A stretch of 64,000 bases of DNA, taken from Eledone cirrhosa (lineage: Eukaryota). The stretch's first letter is position 1. Each line of letters opens with the position of its first letter. The notes under the pieces are model-generated. The model had not been told where the DNA came from. It worked only from the letters and a program-made list of their open reading frames with translations, and searched no databases. Positions 1 through 13,964 of the stretch are shown here, piece after piece. Position numbers and translations under genes: made by a program. The stretch lies in assembly GCA_964016885.1 (NCBI GenBank), contig OZ024741.1, positions 301,754,001 to 301,818,000 on the forward strand, given 5' to 3'.

Positions 1-246
1 ATATACATATACATATAAACACATATAATAACATATACACACACATATAAACACACATACACACAAATAAATATATACATATACACACATATAATAAATA
101 CATACATACACATATATATGAACACACACACATATATACATACATATACATATACACATACATATACATATATATATATACATACATATATATAAATATA
201 TACATATATATATACACACATATATACATATATGCATCACACACAT

Positions 247-325
<79 letters not shown>

Positions 326-554
326 CATACATATACACATGCATATATACATACATATACACACATACATACACACAAAGACACACATACACATATACAT
401 ATACAAACATATATACACAAACACATACATATACATACATATACACACATAAACACATACATACACATATATACACATATATACATATACATATATACAC
501 ACATATATATATATATATGCATATATACACATATATATATATATATATACATAC

Positions 555-603
<49 letters not shown>

Positions 604-1054
604 CACACATACACAATACACAATACACATAAATATACATATATATATATACACATATATATATATATATATATAAACATACACACATACACACATATAC
701 ACATACATACACACATCCATACACATACACATACATATACATATATATATATATATATATACATATATACATATATATACATATATATACATATATACAC
801 ATATATACACATATATACACATATATACACATATATATATATACATATATATATATATACATATACATACATATACATACACATACATACATATATATAC
901 ATACACACATACACATACTTACACACACACATACATATACATACATATACACATAATCATATATATACATATATACACATATACACATACATATATATAT
1001 ATACATATACACACATATATACACATACACACACACATATATACACATATATAC

Positions 1055-1117
<63 letters not shown>

Positions 1118-1250
1118 AACATCCACATACATGCCCATATGTAGGTACATATGAATGCACGTACACACAACGATACGCATACAAACGAACGGCCACTCAT
1201 ACAAATACATACATACATGTACCCATAAATATACGCATATACACAGGCAC
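1..1250. repeat. Compound (TA)n/(CA)n/(TACA)n microsatellite
   Basis: Directly visible low-complexity purine-pyrimidine alternation; overlapping YI/HT ORFs are artefacts. Confidence 0.95.
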
Positions 1251-1459
1251 ATAAATACAGCTCTACAAGCAGAAAACGTAGATAGGTACTTACATAACCA
1301 TAGTGCCGTGTTTCAGGTCGAGAAGGGGTACGGGTAGGGTGGGAAGGAGGTAGAGGGACTGTTTCATTCTTTAGGGGAAGTCGTTTTTAGCCATCGGGCA
1401 TTAACACTGGCTTAAGGTATTTGAAAGTATAGTTACGTGTATGTGTATGTGTGTATATG

Positions 1460-1548
<89 letters not shown>

Positions 1549-2199
1549 TAAATCATGTCCTTAGAATTATTAGATAAAATATATACTATTTCCTCTCCCA
1601 ATTAGCATAATTAACCATATAAAAAACCAATTAGACCAGGCTATAAGAATTAAGATCACGCCATCTAGCGTCGACTTTGAAGGCAGTCGATTAACTGCCC
1701 TTAGTTCTGACGTCACGTTCTGACGTCAGTAGCTGAGACAATAACACTTGGACAATGAGAGCTCGGAAATAGACGTGCTATCTCTATCATGCTACCTCTT
1801 TGCAGTGATCCAAAGGATGACATCACATCATGCGGCAGTATACGACGACTTAAATATATCCCAACCTAGGAGCACTAATGTATTTGAATATATTCTGTAA
1901 TTGCTCCTATTAAAAAAAATGTTTATAACATACAATTGCGGTATGTTCCTTCTTCCTTGTTTGACTATGTGCCAGTAAACAATAACCAATTAGACGGGAT
2001 GACTGAGGACCATCTCCCGCCTAAAAGCTCCTATGAAGAAATATTTGATAAATAACCGAAAGCAGCCTCTTCGCGGTTGACCACAATAGAGTATTTACCC
2101 AACATTTCAACAGCATGTAGAAACTGACCAAATATACCGTGAACCATACACAATAGGTATAAATTTAAAGTTAGAAGAAATGAGTACATACCGTAATTA

Positions 2200-2278
2200 T
2201 ATCCCTACCATGGTTTCGTTCGTATTTTGAGATATCCTATTAAGGATAAATGTCGAGTATCGAACTCATCAGGAGACA
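2200..2278 (-). ncRNA. Type I hammerhead ribozyme motif
   Basis: Minus strand UGUCUC-CUGAUGA-GUUCG...CGAAC-GAAAC-CAUG-GUA-GGGAUA: stem I with two G-U pairs, long stem II, palindromic stem III (ACCAUGGU), GUA cleavage triplet. Confidence 0.8.
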
Positions 2279-2784
2279 AACTCAATAGGACAGTTAATTT
2301 TCCAAAGCGATCCCGCCAGAAATAGATTCAAAAAATGGCTAAGAATCGTTCGTTAAAAAGAATGTGATTAGTTACTTACAGCGAGTAGGCTGGTTGCTAG
2401 AAAGCGCAGCCCAATATCGCCCAAATTGCATCTCAACCCAACGGGAGATTATTAAATATAAAGATTTACATATACATAAAGTCATAGATATATATGTGGC
2501 AACCGTTCACGATGTGGCTCAATGAAGAATTAATAAATTAAATAATCAGAGCAATATATCATGAATCATGTCCTTAGAATTATTAGATAAAATATATACT
2601 ATTTCCTCTCCCAATTAGCATAATTAACCATATAAAAATCAATTAGACCAGCAACCAGCCTACTCGCCGTAAGCAACTAATCACATTCTTTCTAACTTGA
2701 CCACTGCTACGTCACGATTCTTAGCCATTTTTTTAATCAATTTCTGGCAGGATCGCTTTGTAAAATTAACTGTCCTATTGAGTT

Positions 2785-2848
2785 TGTCTCCTGATGAGTT
2801 CGATACTCGAGATTTATCCTTAATACGAACGAAACCATGGTAGTGATA
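2785..2848 (+). ncRNA. Type I hammerhead ribozyme motif (second copy, shortened stem II)
   Basis: TGTCTC CTGATGA GTTCG...CGAAC GAAAC CATG GTA GTGATA. Confidence 0.7.
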
Positions 2849-4233
2849 TAATTACGGTATGTACCCATTTCTTCTAACTTTAAATTTATACCTAATTGTG
2901 TATGGTTGACGATATATTTGGTCACTTTCTACATGCTGTTGAAATGTTGGGTAAATACTCTATTGTGGTCAACCGCGAAGAGGCTGCTTTCGGTTATTTA
3001 TCAAATATTTCTTCATAGGAGCCTTTATTCTTATAGCCTGGTCTAATTGATTTTTTATATGGTTAATTATGCTAATTGGGAGAGGAAATAGTATATATTT
3101 TATCTAATAATTCTAAGGACATGATTTATGATATATTGCTCTGATTATTTAATTTATTAATTCTTCATTGAGCCACATCGTGAACGGTTGCCACATATAT
3201 ATCTGTAACTTTATGTACATGTAAATATTTATATTATATATCCGACAGACAACCTTTCTCTCCCCCCCCCCGGGAAAAAAACCCAGTTGATGGATGTGAA
3301 TCCGAAATATATAGGGACAATTAAATCTCTCCCAAGGTAACTCTTTCTCGTGTTGTTATTTTTATTTTTATCCTTTACGCTATTTCCTTCATTCCTCTAC
3401 ATGTTATAGTCTTATACACGCCACGCATCTCTCTCTCCACCACCGGATCTTGTTACCCGGAGATTTACCCATCTGCATTGTCGAGGCTGACCCTTAATTT
3501 AACTTAATTTTGTATATATATGTGTATATGTATATATATATACCAAATTAAGTTAAATTAAGGGTGTCATGTCACCCGTAAAATATGCTCCAAGATTCTA
3601 ATGAATAGATCTATAGCGAGAATGCAGGGTTGTATGAATGTAACAAGGAATACATTGTTTGTGTGTATAATATTTAATTAACAATGGTAGATAGTATTTT
3701 TGACATGTCAAAGGAATAGATGTTAGAATGAAGCAAAGTTAGTAGTTACCGTTTTGATTGCCAGGCAAACGCGGCTGGCAGAGGACGCCTGGCTAAGGCC
3801 AGGCGCCTGTTGGCCAAATGAATGGCAGAGCCAAATGTGAGGCTCTTGACCTGGTGCCGAAAAGGCAATGAGAGAAAGAGTGGTTAAAGTTGTTAGTTTT
3901 ATAGGGCTCTGACCGGAAGTTGCAGAAAGGGCTCCACTTCCCGTCTAGATCCTAATCAAAACAAGGGAGACAACCGCTACAGATCCGAGCATTTTTATAT
4001 CAACTAGAAATTGATTGACATATAAATATATCTAAAATAAACATATGAAACAATCACAGGGGATAATTTGTAAAAGTGTGTAAGCACACATAGCTAGGTA
4101 GGTAACTAAATAAAGTTTAACTAGAACTTCAAAAATAGATACCTTATGAATTGATTAATCTTCCTTGTATATATTCCATTAAAGAAATATATTTCACCAA
4201 TTAATCGATTGGTAAACGACAGTAGCCAGATCC

Positions 4234-4600
<367 letters not shown>

Positions 4601-4607
4601 GTGTCTG

Positions 4608-5176
4608 TTGACACCTGGAATGTAGCTTAAGAGAAACATGACAACAATGATATGATAGGCACTCAATTTTTGAACTGGTTTATAGAAGTCCCATGGCCTT
4701 TATCACACTAAGTAGAGCTTTAAAGAATTAGCTTTTAAAGAATTTCCCTTTTCTTTAAATCCATCAACCATGACCGACCCCAACCATCTTATAGACACCT
4801 GAAATATAGGCATTGTTAGCCTAAGAGAAACTTAAAAATAAGGAGTGGCTCCCCAATCTGAACATGTTTATAGAATTCTTTCTGCCTTTGTCAATCTAAA
4901 TATAAATTATAGCTTTAAAGAATTAGCTTTTAAAGAATTTCCCTTTTCTTTCAACCAATGACCTCCAATCATCCCACTCCCCACCCTCTCCTACACCTGA
5001 AAAGATATAAATACCACAACATTTATTTTGGACAGCCAGATTCCTGATGATTTCTAAAGAGTGAAACTTCTAGTCCTGTAGAATCTCATCTATATTAAAA
5101 CTTTTATACTCTGCTATGTATTGAGTACCTTGCTTACTGTGGTTACCTCCGATTCAACCCGGAATAACTTACCTTA
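4608..5176 (+). mobile_element. PLE-like 3' terminal fragment with internal ~190-bp tandem duplication and HHR
   Basis: AGCTTTAAAGAATTAGCTTTTAAAGAATTTCCCTTTTCTTT occurs twice (about 4716 and 4911). HHR at 5038-5086. The tail contains GTATTGAGTAC, like the 18977 family, and ends in (TA)n. Confidence 0.6.
5038..5086 (+). ncRNA. Type I hammerhead ribozyme motif
   Basis: AGATTC CTGATGA TTTC-TAAA-GAGT GAAAC...GTA GAATCT: perfect 6-bp stem I, weak stems II and III. Confidence 0.6.
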
Positions 5177-5329
5177 TATATATATATAATCCCGACTCCG
5201 GCGCTGCAGTCCCAATCTACCAGTTCAAGATTTTGCTCGTCTGATGTTGGGGACAACAATATCGTTCGGCACGTCCTGAATGACCAACCAGCCTTCTCTA
5301 GGGACAACACTGCTTGCTCCCTATTGAGA

Positions 5330-6080
5330 GGCGCCTAGAAAAAGTGGTCCTACACCATAATGGGCCGAGATGTTTTAGCCACGGGTGAAGTGCTTGAGAG
5401 ACATGGCGTTTGTAACTGCACTGAGCATAAACTCGCCATCGCAAACACCATCTTCCAGCTGAAAGACAGTTTGAAAACAACTTGGATGCATCCACGCTCC
5501 AAACATTGACACCTCATTGATTATTTTCTGTTACGCCAATGTGGGCTGAAAGACGTCTTGCATACCAGAGTGATGACCATTGTCGAATGTGATACCGACC
5601 ATCGTCTCACACGCTGAAAACTCAAGCTCTACTTTAAACCCAAACCAAAGAAGGGAGGGGCCCTAAGAAAAATATTTAAGGTTTGCAGTTTCCAGTCACC
5701 TGATGTGAAAGCTAATTTTCAGGAAGCTTTTTGGTCGAAGGTTGAAGATACAAGCGTCTCTACAGATCCCTCTCCTGAAACGCTTTGGAGACAAATCAAA
5801 ACTGCCATTCTACAGGCATTTGGAGAAATCCTTGGGTTCCGATCATTAACGGAGCGAAGCTGGGTTGGGTTGCGTCCTGGCACCGACTTTCTTCACCATC
5901 TTCTGCAGCATAATACACAAGTAGGCGTCAGATGGTCATGATGATCAGTCTACACCAGATATCGTTTTGATGTCAGCCTGTTTAATCGTCGATGACTGCA
6001 GGCCTATTGAAAGACCCTGGAGCATCTGATCCGAGACCGCCTCTTTGCCAACGATGGTGCAGTTGTTGGCCATACAGAAG
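5330..6080 (+). mobile_element. RTE-clade non-LTR retrotransposon fragment (APE endonuclease end joined to part of RT), decayed
   Basis: Translates as AIANTIFQLKDSLKTTWMHPRSKH*HLIDYF...ECDTDHRL, then after an internal deletion RYRFDVSLFNRR*LQA and IRDRLFANDGA (YADD-equivalent region). Confidence 0.85.
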
Positions 6081-6821
6081 GAGCGAAATATTTATTCGTA
6101 AACATACCATATTCAATGAGATATACGAAATTCTCTTACTTATATATACACATATATGTCGGAGCGAACATTTTAATTATTATATATATATATAGTTATA
6201 TATACACTATATACAACTATAAACAGGAAAGGTCAGTAATTTATTACCAGTAAGAAAAATAGCTCAATGTAAATACATGAGATGTTTTACAGAGCAGGAA
6301 TATAAATTACACAATAATCAAAACTATGTTCAAAACATGTTATTGCTGACAATCTTTCGTTTGGAATCATCGGAGCACTAGCAAAGTTTGGACATATAAT
6401 TAACTTCCTATTCAACTGAACAATCATATAGATACATGGATATTAATGTTGTCATCAACAGTTTCGTATTTACAGAGTGGAATGGATGTGACAGAGATTA
6501 CAAGAGAATTGTATAATAATTAAAGAGGCACAGAGTGGAATGCATGTGACAGAGATTGCAAGGGAATAGTATAATAATTAAAGAGACATTAAGGTAGAAA
6601 GTTACTCGTAAAACGAGGACACTAGCAGTACATATGCAAGCGTACAGAGAGTGCAAATGCGTTAGGCATATACAGGACAGCTAGGTAGGAAACAAGCAAT
6701 GGTACTAGGCATATATAATTACTGTATGGCAAAGGTATTACATAAAATAACATAGGTTTACAAGCATATCAAGCAGGCAAAGATGTTTGTGTATTAAAAT
6801 TATATATATATATATATATGT

Positions 6822-7508
6822 GTGTGGGAAAGTAAAAAATCGGAGAATAGACCGTTAAAACATGTTTATTTAAAACACCACCTACGTACGTTTCGCCCAG
6901 TTGGGCTTCTCAAGGGCATAAATAATCAAAAGTGTTCCTTATATTGTTCGGAAAGCGTTTTGGGGGTTAAATCCACATCAAGGTTCATTGCTCGCAAAAA
7001 TATCTTGTTTTGATTTTGCAGCAGGTCAAGGGAGGTAACTCTGGCCGGTGTTAGGGCAGTCTTTCCCGGACAAATTTTTTCTTTTTTTTTTTTTTGCCGC
7101 ATCTGTTTGTCTGAAGCTGGGTCTGGTATGCAAGGATTGTTTCCTGGGTGTTATTTTGCAGCGCCTGCCCGCCGGGGTGTTAAGACTTGTTGCAGGGAGA
7201 TCCGGTGTACGGTTTCACTCCTCATCCTTAACCCATCTGAAGAAGGATATTTTTAAGCGATGTGTACAACTTATCGCTGTTTCAGCTCTGCTGTTGATGA
7301 GCTCGTGGGGTGCAGTTATGATGTGGTAGAGCTCCATGAGGCAAAGATCGCATTTCCTCTTGAAGTTGTACGGTGCAGCCCTGCCGACAATCTCCCAGTG
7401 CGTGGAGAAGCTGATGTTTAAGTCCTTTAGTGATGTGATGTAGTCCGCGAGCGAAGTGGAGTGCCTTAGTTTTCTATTTGTGAAAGAGTGGAGATGTGTT
7501 CGAAACCT
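6822..7508 (-). mobile_element. Penelope-like element, 5'-truncated (GIY-YIG C-terminus + 3' region with HHR variant)
   Basis: Minus 7508-7215 reads RFRTHLHSF...TSLADYITSLK...WEIVGRAAPYNFKRKCDLCLMELYHII...INSRAETAISCTH, the typical PLE endonuclease tail. HHR variant at 6879-6918. TA repeats on both sides. Confidence 0.85.
6879..6918 (-). ncRNA. Minimal hammerhead variant
   Basis: UGCC-CUUGAGAA-GCCC aacu GGGC-GAAAC-GUAC-GUA-GGUG: palindromic stem III, non-canonical CUUGAGAA box. Confidence 0.55.
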
Positions 7509-7800
7509 ATATATATATATAACATGGTGTTATAAGATAGCCCATGTTTCACCAAAATATCAATGCAGGTAGATGATCGATCTGGATCATCAGTAAAAGA
7601 AAATCGATCCATCTGATCTTACACACAGAATACATAATACAGAACTGAGAACAGCGAAAGAAGCACATGGTGTTATAAAATAACCCACTGCACACTGTTA
7701 CTGTCCCAGTGATGTGAAAGGGTTTAAGGACAATTAGAAATAGCAGCCTAATCTCTCAACATAGTGAAAGCTCAACCAAGTAGGAACATAATTATATTAT

Positions 7801-8018
7801 ATTTAAAATGTTATATGTCATGTTTGAGATAATCTTGAACATGCGCCTTATCACCTATTGTACATATATATCATGAGATATATATGTATGTAAGCCATTC
7901 ATTATTTTGTAATGATTAAAGGCTCAGATTTATTCCTTCGGTTTTTCTTTGAGCTTATTCTTAGGTGATAAGACGCATGTTTGAGATTACCTCAAACATG
8001 ACATATATAATTTTAAGT
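7801..8018. repeat. Imperfect inverted repeat (~57-bp arms)
   Basis: TATATGTCATGTTTGAGATAATCTTGAACATGCGCCTTATCACCTA versus TAGGTGATAAGACGCATGTTTGAGATTACCTCAAACATGACATATA. Confidence 0.8.
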
Positions 8019-8224
8019 GTTATATATACGAAGCTAAGAAGAAATGTGTGTGTATAAGTGAGTAAAAGAGTGTGTGTGCATGTAAGCACGAAGCTATGAG
8101 CAAAAGTATGTTAATATAAGGGTGTGTATCGGCATATATAAAATATACATATATAATATAATATATATATGCATATATATATATAATATAATATACATAT
8201 ATACTATAATATATATACATATAC

Positions 8225-8301
<77 letters not shown>

Positions 8302-8302
<1 letters not shown>

Positions 8303-8568
8303 CTTCTTCGCTTCGCCAACTTATTCCTCAGAGGGTCGTGGGGGCAGTCCTCAAACACTCCTTCCAGCGGGTCCTGTCAGAAGCAACCGTCTCCAAATGA
8401 TCCGGCTGGATCCCCAAGCGTGACCAGCCAAGCGCATGGGAGTTATCCAACCATCTTGCTCGGGGTCTACCCCTGAGTCTCTTGTCGGTTGGTTTTTCCC
8501 GTAAAAATTCTTTCCTAAGACATTCTAACCACGCACCCATAGTATCGGAGCTGTGATCTCTCAATTCT
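8302..8568 (-). mobile_element. RTE (Rex3/Expander-like) 3' end fragment
   Basis: KRLRGRPRARWLDNSHALGWSRLGIQPDHLETVASDRTRW followed by a short GAA tail; related copies at 26949, 33010 and 60781. Confidence 0.8.
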
Positions 8569-8593
8569 CCAAATATATATATATAAATATATA

Positions 8594-9479
<886 letters not shown>

Positions 9480-9498
9480 TTTATATATATATATATAC

Positions 9499-9565
<67 letters not shown>

Positions 9566-9599
9566 GGTAAACAGAAATAACAACACAAACGGTACAGTA

Positions 9600-9925
9600 T
9601 AAAGAAGGAATGAACATTTGAGGGCCATACGACTTGGTATGGATACTCCCGTCGCCCGTCATTTCTGTTCCCCAGGTCACTCTTCCCAACATGTCTCAGT
9701 CCTTAGTGTCCTTTTGTATCACGGATCAAAGGCCTCGTGCACCAGGACTGAACAGAGTCTGATTTTCCGACTTGGCTCCTATACATTCTACAGGATGTTT
9801 CCATTTAATCCACATCTGCTCACCAGTTTGTTATACATATTTTCTTCTTTCTTATTATTTTCCCTCCTTACTTGACTTTGAAGAAGATTTTAAACCGAAA
9901 ACGCAAATCCCTTAATATCTTTTTA
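9600..9925 (+). mobile_element. Penelope-like GIY-YIG C-terminal fragment
   Basis: RRNEHLRAIRLGMDTPVARHFCSPGH...RTEQSLIFRLGS fits the PLE EH...PVARHF...EQ.LIF.LG pattern. Confidence 0.75.
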
Positions 9926-9932
9926 TTCGGCG

Positions 9933-10485
9933 TATTCTCGGGTCCAAAATAATGGTTTCTTATATAGGCACAAGGCCAGCAATTTTGGGGGATGGAAAAG
10001 TCGATTAAATCAACCCCAGTCCATGACTGGTACTTTATTTATCGACCCCATAAGGATTAAAGGCAAAGTTAACCACGGCGGGATTTGAACTTAGATCATA
10101 AAGGGTCGTAACTCTATGCTGCAAAGCATGGCGTCCGCGGCCCTTAACCGATACTTCCAATCGACCGCCCTTCTCGGGTCCAAAATAATAGAGGGTTGTA
10201 ATACGCCGGAGAGTTGGAATAAGCGAATGGAGTTGGAAAGTCGCTCATTTTTCTAGGTTGATTAAAAATAAAACAGAATTAGTCGTTTAGTTTTCATATT
10301 GAGACCCCAACCCATCCTATTTATTTTATAAAGATTTCTAGTAATATACCTTTTTGTCATATATAATGTTTTTTAATGTCTAAAGAAAATTAATTGATAC
10401 AGGAATGTTACCAGGAATGTAAAATATCGCTGGAACTAGATTAACAATATTTAATAAACGATGGGGCGGCGTCTGAAATAAATAA
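9933..10485. mobile_element. MITE (TACTCTCGGG family), interrupted by a SINE
   Basis: Same internal sequence (CATATTGAGACCCCAACCCATCCTATTTATTTT) as the intact copies at 22061 and 44514. Confidence 0.75.
9954..10170 (-). mobile_element. tRNA-derived SINE (family 1) with 19-bp target-site duplication
   Basis: B-box GTTCAAATCC and central TTTGCCTTT..ATCCTT..GGGTCGATAAA..GTACCAG on the minus strand. TTCTCGGGTCCAAAATAAT at 9935-9953 and 10171-10189. Confidence 0.92.
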
Positions 10486-10802
10486 ATGTTTCCACTGTAC
10501 ACACATTTCTTATAGTTTCATGCACAACAGTTTTTTTTTTACTACCGTGTGTATTCTTTCACTTTTTTCTCACATTTTGTTTAACCTGTTGTAAACTCTC
10601 AAGTTTTAACTGTTTGCTCCTGTGTCCGTTTGTATCATCTTTATCTACAAACACACACACACATATATATATATATGTGCGTGTGTGTGTGTGTATGTGT
10701 GCGCGCGTGTATGTGTGTGTGTGTATGTGTATGCATACATGTATATATATGTATGTATATATATATAATATAATATACATATATATATATACACACACAC
10801 AC

Positions 10803-10862
<60 letters not shown>

Positions 10863-11559
10863 TCTCACACACACACATATATATATATGTATGTATATAT
10901 ATATATACGCGAAATAATAAATCATATACAAAACTACTTCCGTTAATGATATATAGTCTGCGTGGTGGGAGGTGGGAAGATAAATACACATATGGTATGT
11001 GTATTTCATATCTTTGTTTGGAATCTCCCTGACGTTAAAGGTGTTCTTCCATATGCAAACAACTCCATTTCAACGAAAGAAAAATAATAAACATCCCTAT
11101 TAAAACACTTCATCAATCATCAGAATACAATAAAGCATCGATGGAAAACAGTATACTGACAATCATGGACACCCAAGTATATTGATATTTGTCTTTCGAC
11201 TCTTCAGAAATATGAAAATAATAAGATGCATATCACCAAAATTTTATACCAGATATTCGTTTGAATTATTCTTCATACTTCTATACACCATCGCCTGAAA
11301 CTATTCTAAATCTCAGAAAACCTAAAAAGAATTTGATAGTGATCTGCTCGAAAGTTTTCAAAGGAAATATCAATATTCACTTCGTTTTATGATTCACAAT
11401 TGAAAATAGCGATGAATGGTGGCTTCCATAAAATAAAGGTAGCATAAGTAATTTGAGAGAACGACAACTAGACTACGAACAATAAATAGCATTTTATTAA
11501 CACATCAAATTTTATATAATGTAAACTTGCCTTATGATTGGATTAATGGTATATGGTAG

Positions 11560-11727
11560 AGTCCCGTAACTCCCGATAGAGTCGTATGGGCGCTGTATTG
11601 ACATACGGCGTTTCTTGGGCACTTTAAGCCTGGCGGAGCCCATCTCTCTCCAGGCCTAAAAATTTAGTCTCGTCCTTTGGTGGGCTCGAACCTCCAATCT
11701 ACAGGCTGATAGCCGAATGTGCTAGCT
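11560..11727 (-). mobile_element. tRNA-derived SINE (family 3)
   Basis: Minus-strand GGTTCGAGCCC B-box; body shared with 34560-34685 and 45808-45930 (GCCC.AGAAACG...TATGTCAATA). Confidence 0.65.
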
Positions 11728-11860
11728 GGATTAAAATAGTGCCTAAATTAAATAATCTTGCTGAATTCACTTTTATAATTTATATGGAAGAGAAACAGGC
11801 AAATCTAACTTTCTTGCACAATAAATATTCAATGTCGTCCATATGATTTTTATAAGTATA

Positions 11861-12906
11861 CTAGCAGCAGAACCCGGCGTTGCAGGAGGTAGAAAACGTG
11901 AAATAGCAGCACGCATATGCAAAGATTGAGGAATGTAGCTGAGTACTTTTTGAATACCCTTATTCTCAGGGAATGATTAAGGAGCGACGTAGTCAATTGT
12001 GTGAAAACCATGTAGGGATGTACGTTTAAGTAGGGATATTGAGATGACGAAATCAGCGTGGCAACGTAGTTGCAGCAGTAGGGAGTCATAGTGCAATTAG
12101 CACAAACGCTGGGCAGCACTGGTTGCACTGCGTTTACACAGCAATAAAGGTGCGACAAAAAGGGTCACCGTGGAATTAGCACAACCTGTTCGGCGTACTT
12201 GCGCAGGGCGTTCATACTGCGATGTAAGTGCAACAAAATGGGTCTTAGTAGAAGTAGCACAGACGTGAGTTTTACTGTGTCAATAACACGGCAACGTACA
12301 CAGGACCCGAATTTGCGCGTGATGAAAGCACGAAGCGTCAACAGGACACCGAAAAAAGTTTGGTCCTGCTTAAGTAAGTGTTGTGTTCTCTGTTAAATAA
12401 ACCAAATTTTTAACGAAATATTTTACGCTACTTACGATGTTTAAGTAGCGTTTATATTGAAAATGAAAATGGCATGTAATGCCCAATGCTAATTCGTAAA
12501 TTTCCTAGAAACCATTAATCGAAACGGAATTTTCTTTTGTCCACAGCAATGCGAGGGGACTGACTAATGTGTGCTGCAAATTTCGAGGAAATCAGCTGGA
12601 TTATCTTTAAGTTACGCCTTAAAAAAGCATAAAAATGCCTAAAACTGCGATTTTTCGCTTAATAGGACAGAAAAAATTAAAATATGTTTAGCCCATTGTT
12701 TAGCCCAAGTACGCCGAACAGAGGTTGTGCTAATTCCACGGTGACCCCTTTTGTCGCACCTTTGTTGCAAAATATGTTTAGCCCATTGCACTTCAAGAAA
12801 TATAAGAAACGCATGTGTAAAGTTTGAAAGAAATCGGTCTGGTACTTCTCGAGTTTTATGGATTTACACAGACAGACAGACATCCTCTGTTTTGTATATA
12901 TAGAGA
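11861..12906 (-). mobile_element. Non-autonomous Helitron-like element
   Basis: On the minus strand it starts TC and ends CTAG, between A and T with no TSD. (CTGT)n near the 5' end and a GC-rich subterminal segment near the 3' end, as in Lep1-type Helitrons. Confidence 0.7.
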
Positions 12907-13964
12907 TCACAATAATTAATTGAATAGTTAGTAACATGTGCTTATGCCGTATTTGACTAAATAGAATTAGTCTGTTAGTTGGGATTTTAGAAAACCCTCT
13001 GAATGGAAAAAAGGATGAGTATTGACGTACATGGGACACGAAACCACATCGCTCGTTTTTGCCGAACCAATATGTCACCATTACACCAACATGCCACCCA
13101 TGCCCTCTTCTATTCAATTAGATGCTATATAACCATAGCATGTATATACATAGGGAAACAAAAAGCAGGCTTTCTTTTGAAACGGCTAGCGAATTTGAAA
13201 ATTAGGTAGTAACATGTGCTTAGGCCGTATCACCTCCGAAGAGACAATAATCTCTTAAATGCGTACAGTGAATAGTAGTAAATGTGTTTACACGTCATTT
13301 TTTCATAGCGAATCTTATATTTGAAAAACCATAGTTAAAATTACATTAACTTCATATTAAATCTTCTAGCAATGACTGTTGTTTTTTATTCCATTAAATA
13401 AAGTGCATTTCAAACGTCTATAATACCAGTATGATATGGCGGGAATACACTTGATAAATGTAATACTGTAATGACTGGTGCAAAGAAACCTTCATGGAGA
13501 TTTGTTTCTTTCCAACACGAAAAATAAACTTTAATATATTTTCATCCACAAACACTTTCAAGGTATTCACAGCAAACTAAGATTTATTGAAACCTGCCAA
13601 CCTCTAAAATCACAAACGGAGAGTACCATGAAAAAGAGTGAGAAATGGTGCAAAATGGATTTACCCATTTTCACAAGTGAAGACATCTCTCATCCATCCC
13701 AAAGTAGGTGGGAGATTTCTGCGTTGGATGGGGGAGAGTTGACTGTTTAAATATTTCATTTGTTCAATAGTTGATAATAGCCTGTGAGTCCTATGTTTTT
13801 CTATCATAATAAACAAATTATTTGAAAGTAAATAGAGGCCAAATGCAGATGACTTTAACAATAGTTGATAATTGATAACCATAAATAATAGTTGAATAAA
13901 TCGGGAAAAGTATCCCTAGAGACAGAAAAAACTGAACAGAGACATACATACATACATACATACA

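Larger units (their letters stand above)
1547..3236. mobile_element. Pair of non-coding PLE-like hammerhead-bearing elements forming a large inverted repeat
   Basis: 2026-2400 is the reverse complement of 2651-3022, and 1547-1650 of about 3028-3131. 2455-2650 is an inverted copy of the 3' end. Both copies hold an HHR. The end GGACATGATTTATG abuts (TA)n at 1547, and a related copy at 29915-30190 ends the same way. Confidence 0.75.

Noticed and set aside
232-1254. Long ORFs (340 aa here, and similar YI/HT/CV-rich ORFs at 4.2, 10.6, 35.6-36.6, 39.7-42.9, 56.2 and 62.2 kb)
   Set aside because: Alternating purine-pyrimidine microsatellites lack stop codons; the translations are artefacts.
11188-11212. 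Minus-strand CTGAAGA-GTC-GAAA-GAC
   Set aside because: No stem II, stem I or cleavage triplet; probably chance.
12929-13230. 24-bp direct repeat TAGTAACATGTGCTTA.GCCGTAT as a TSD of an insertion
   Set aside because: The enclosed sequence has no recognisable element termini; cannot separate TSD from local duplication.
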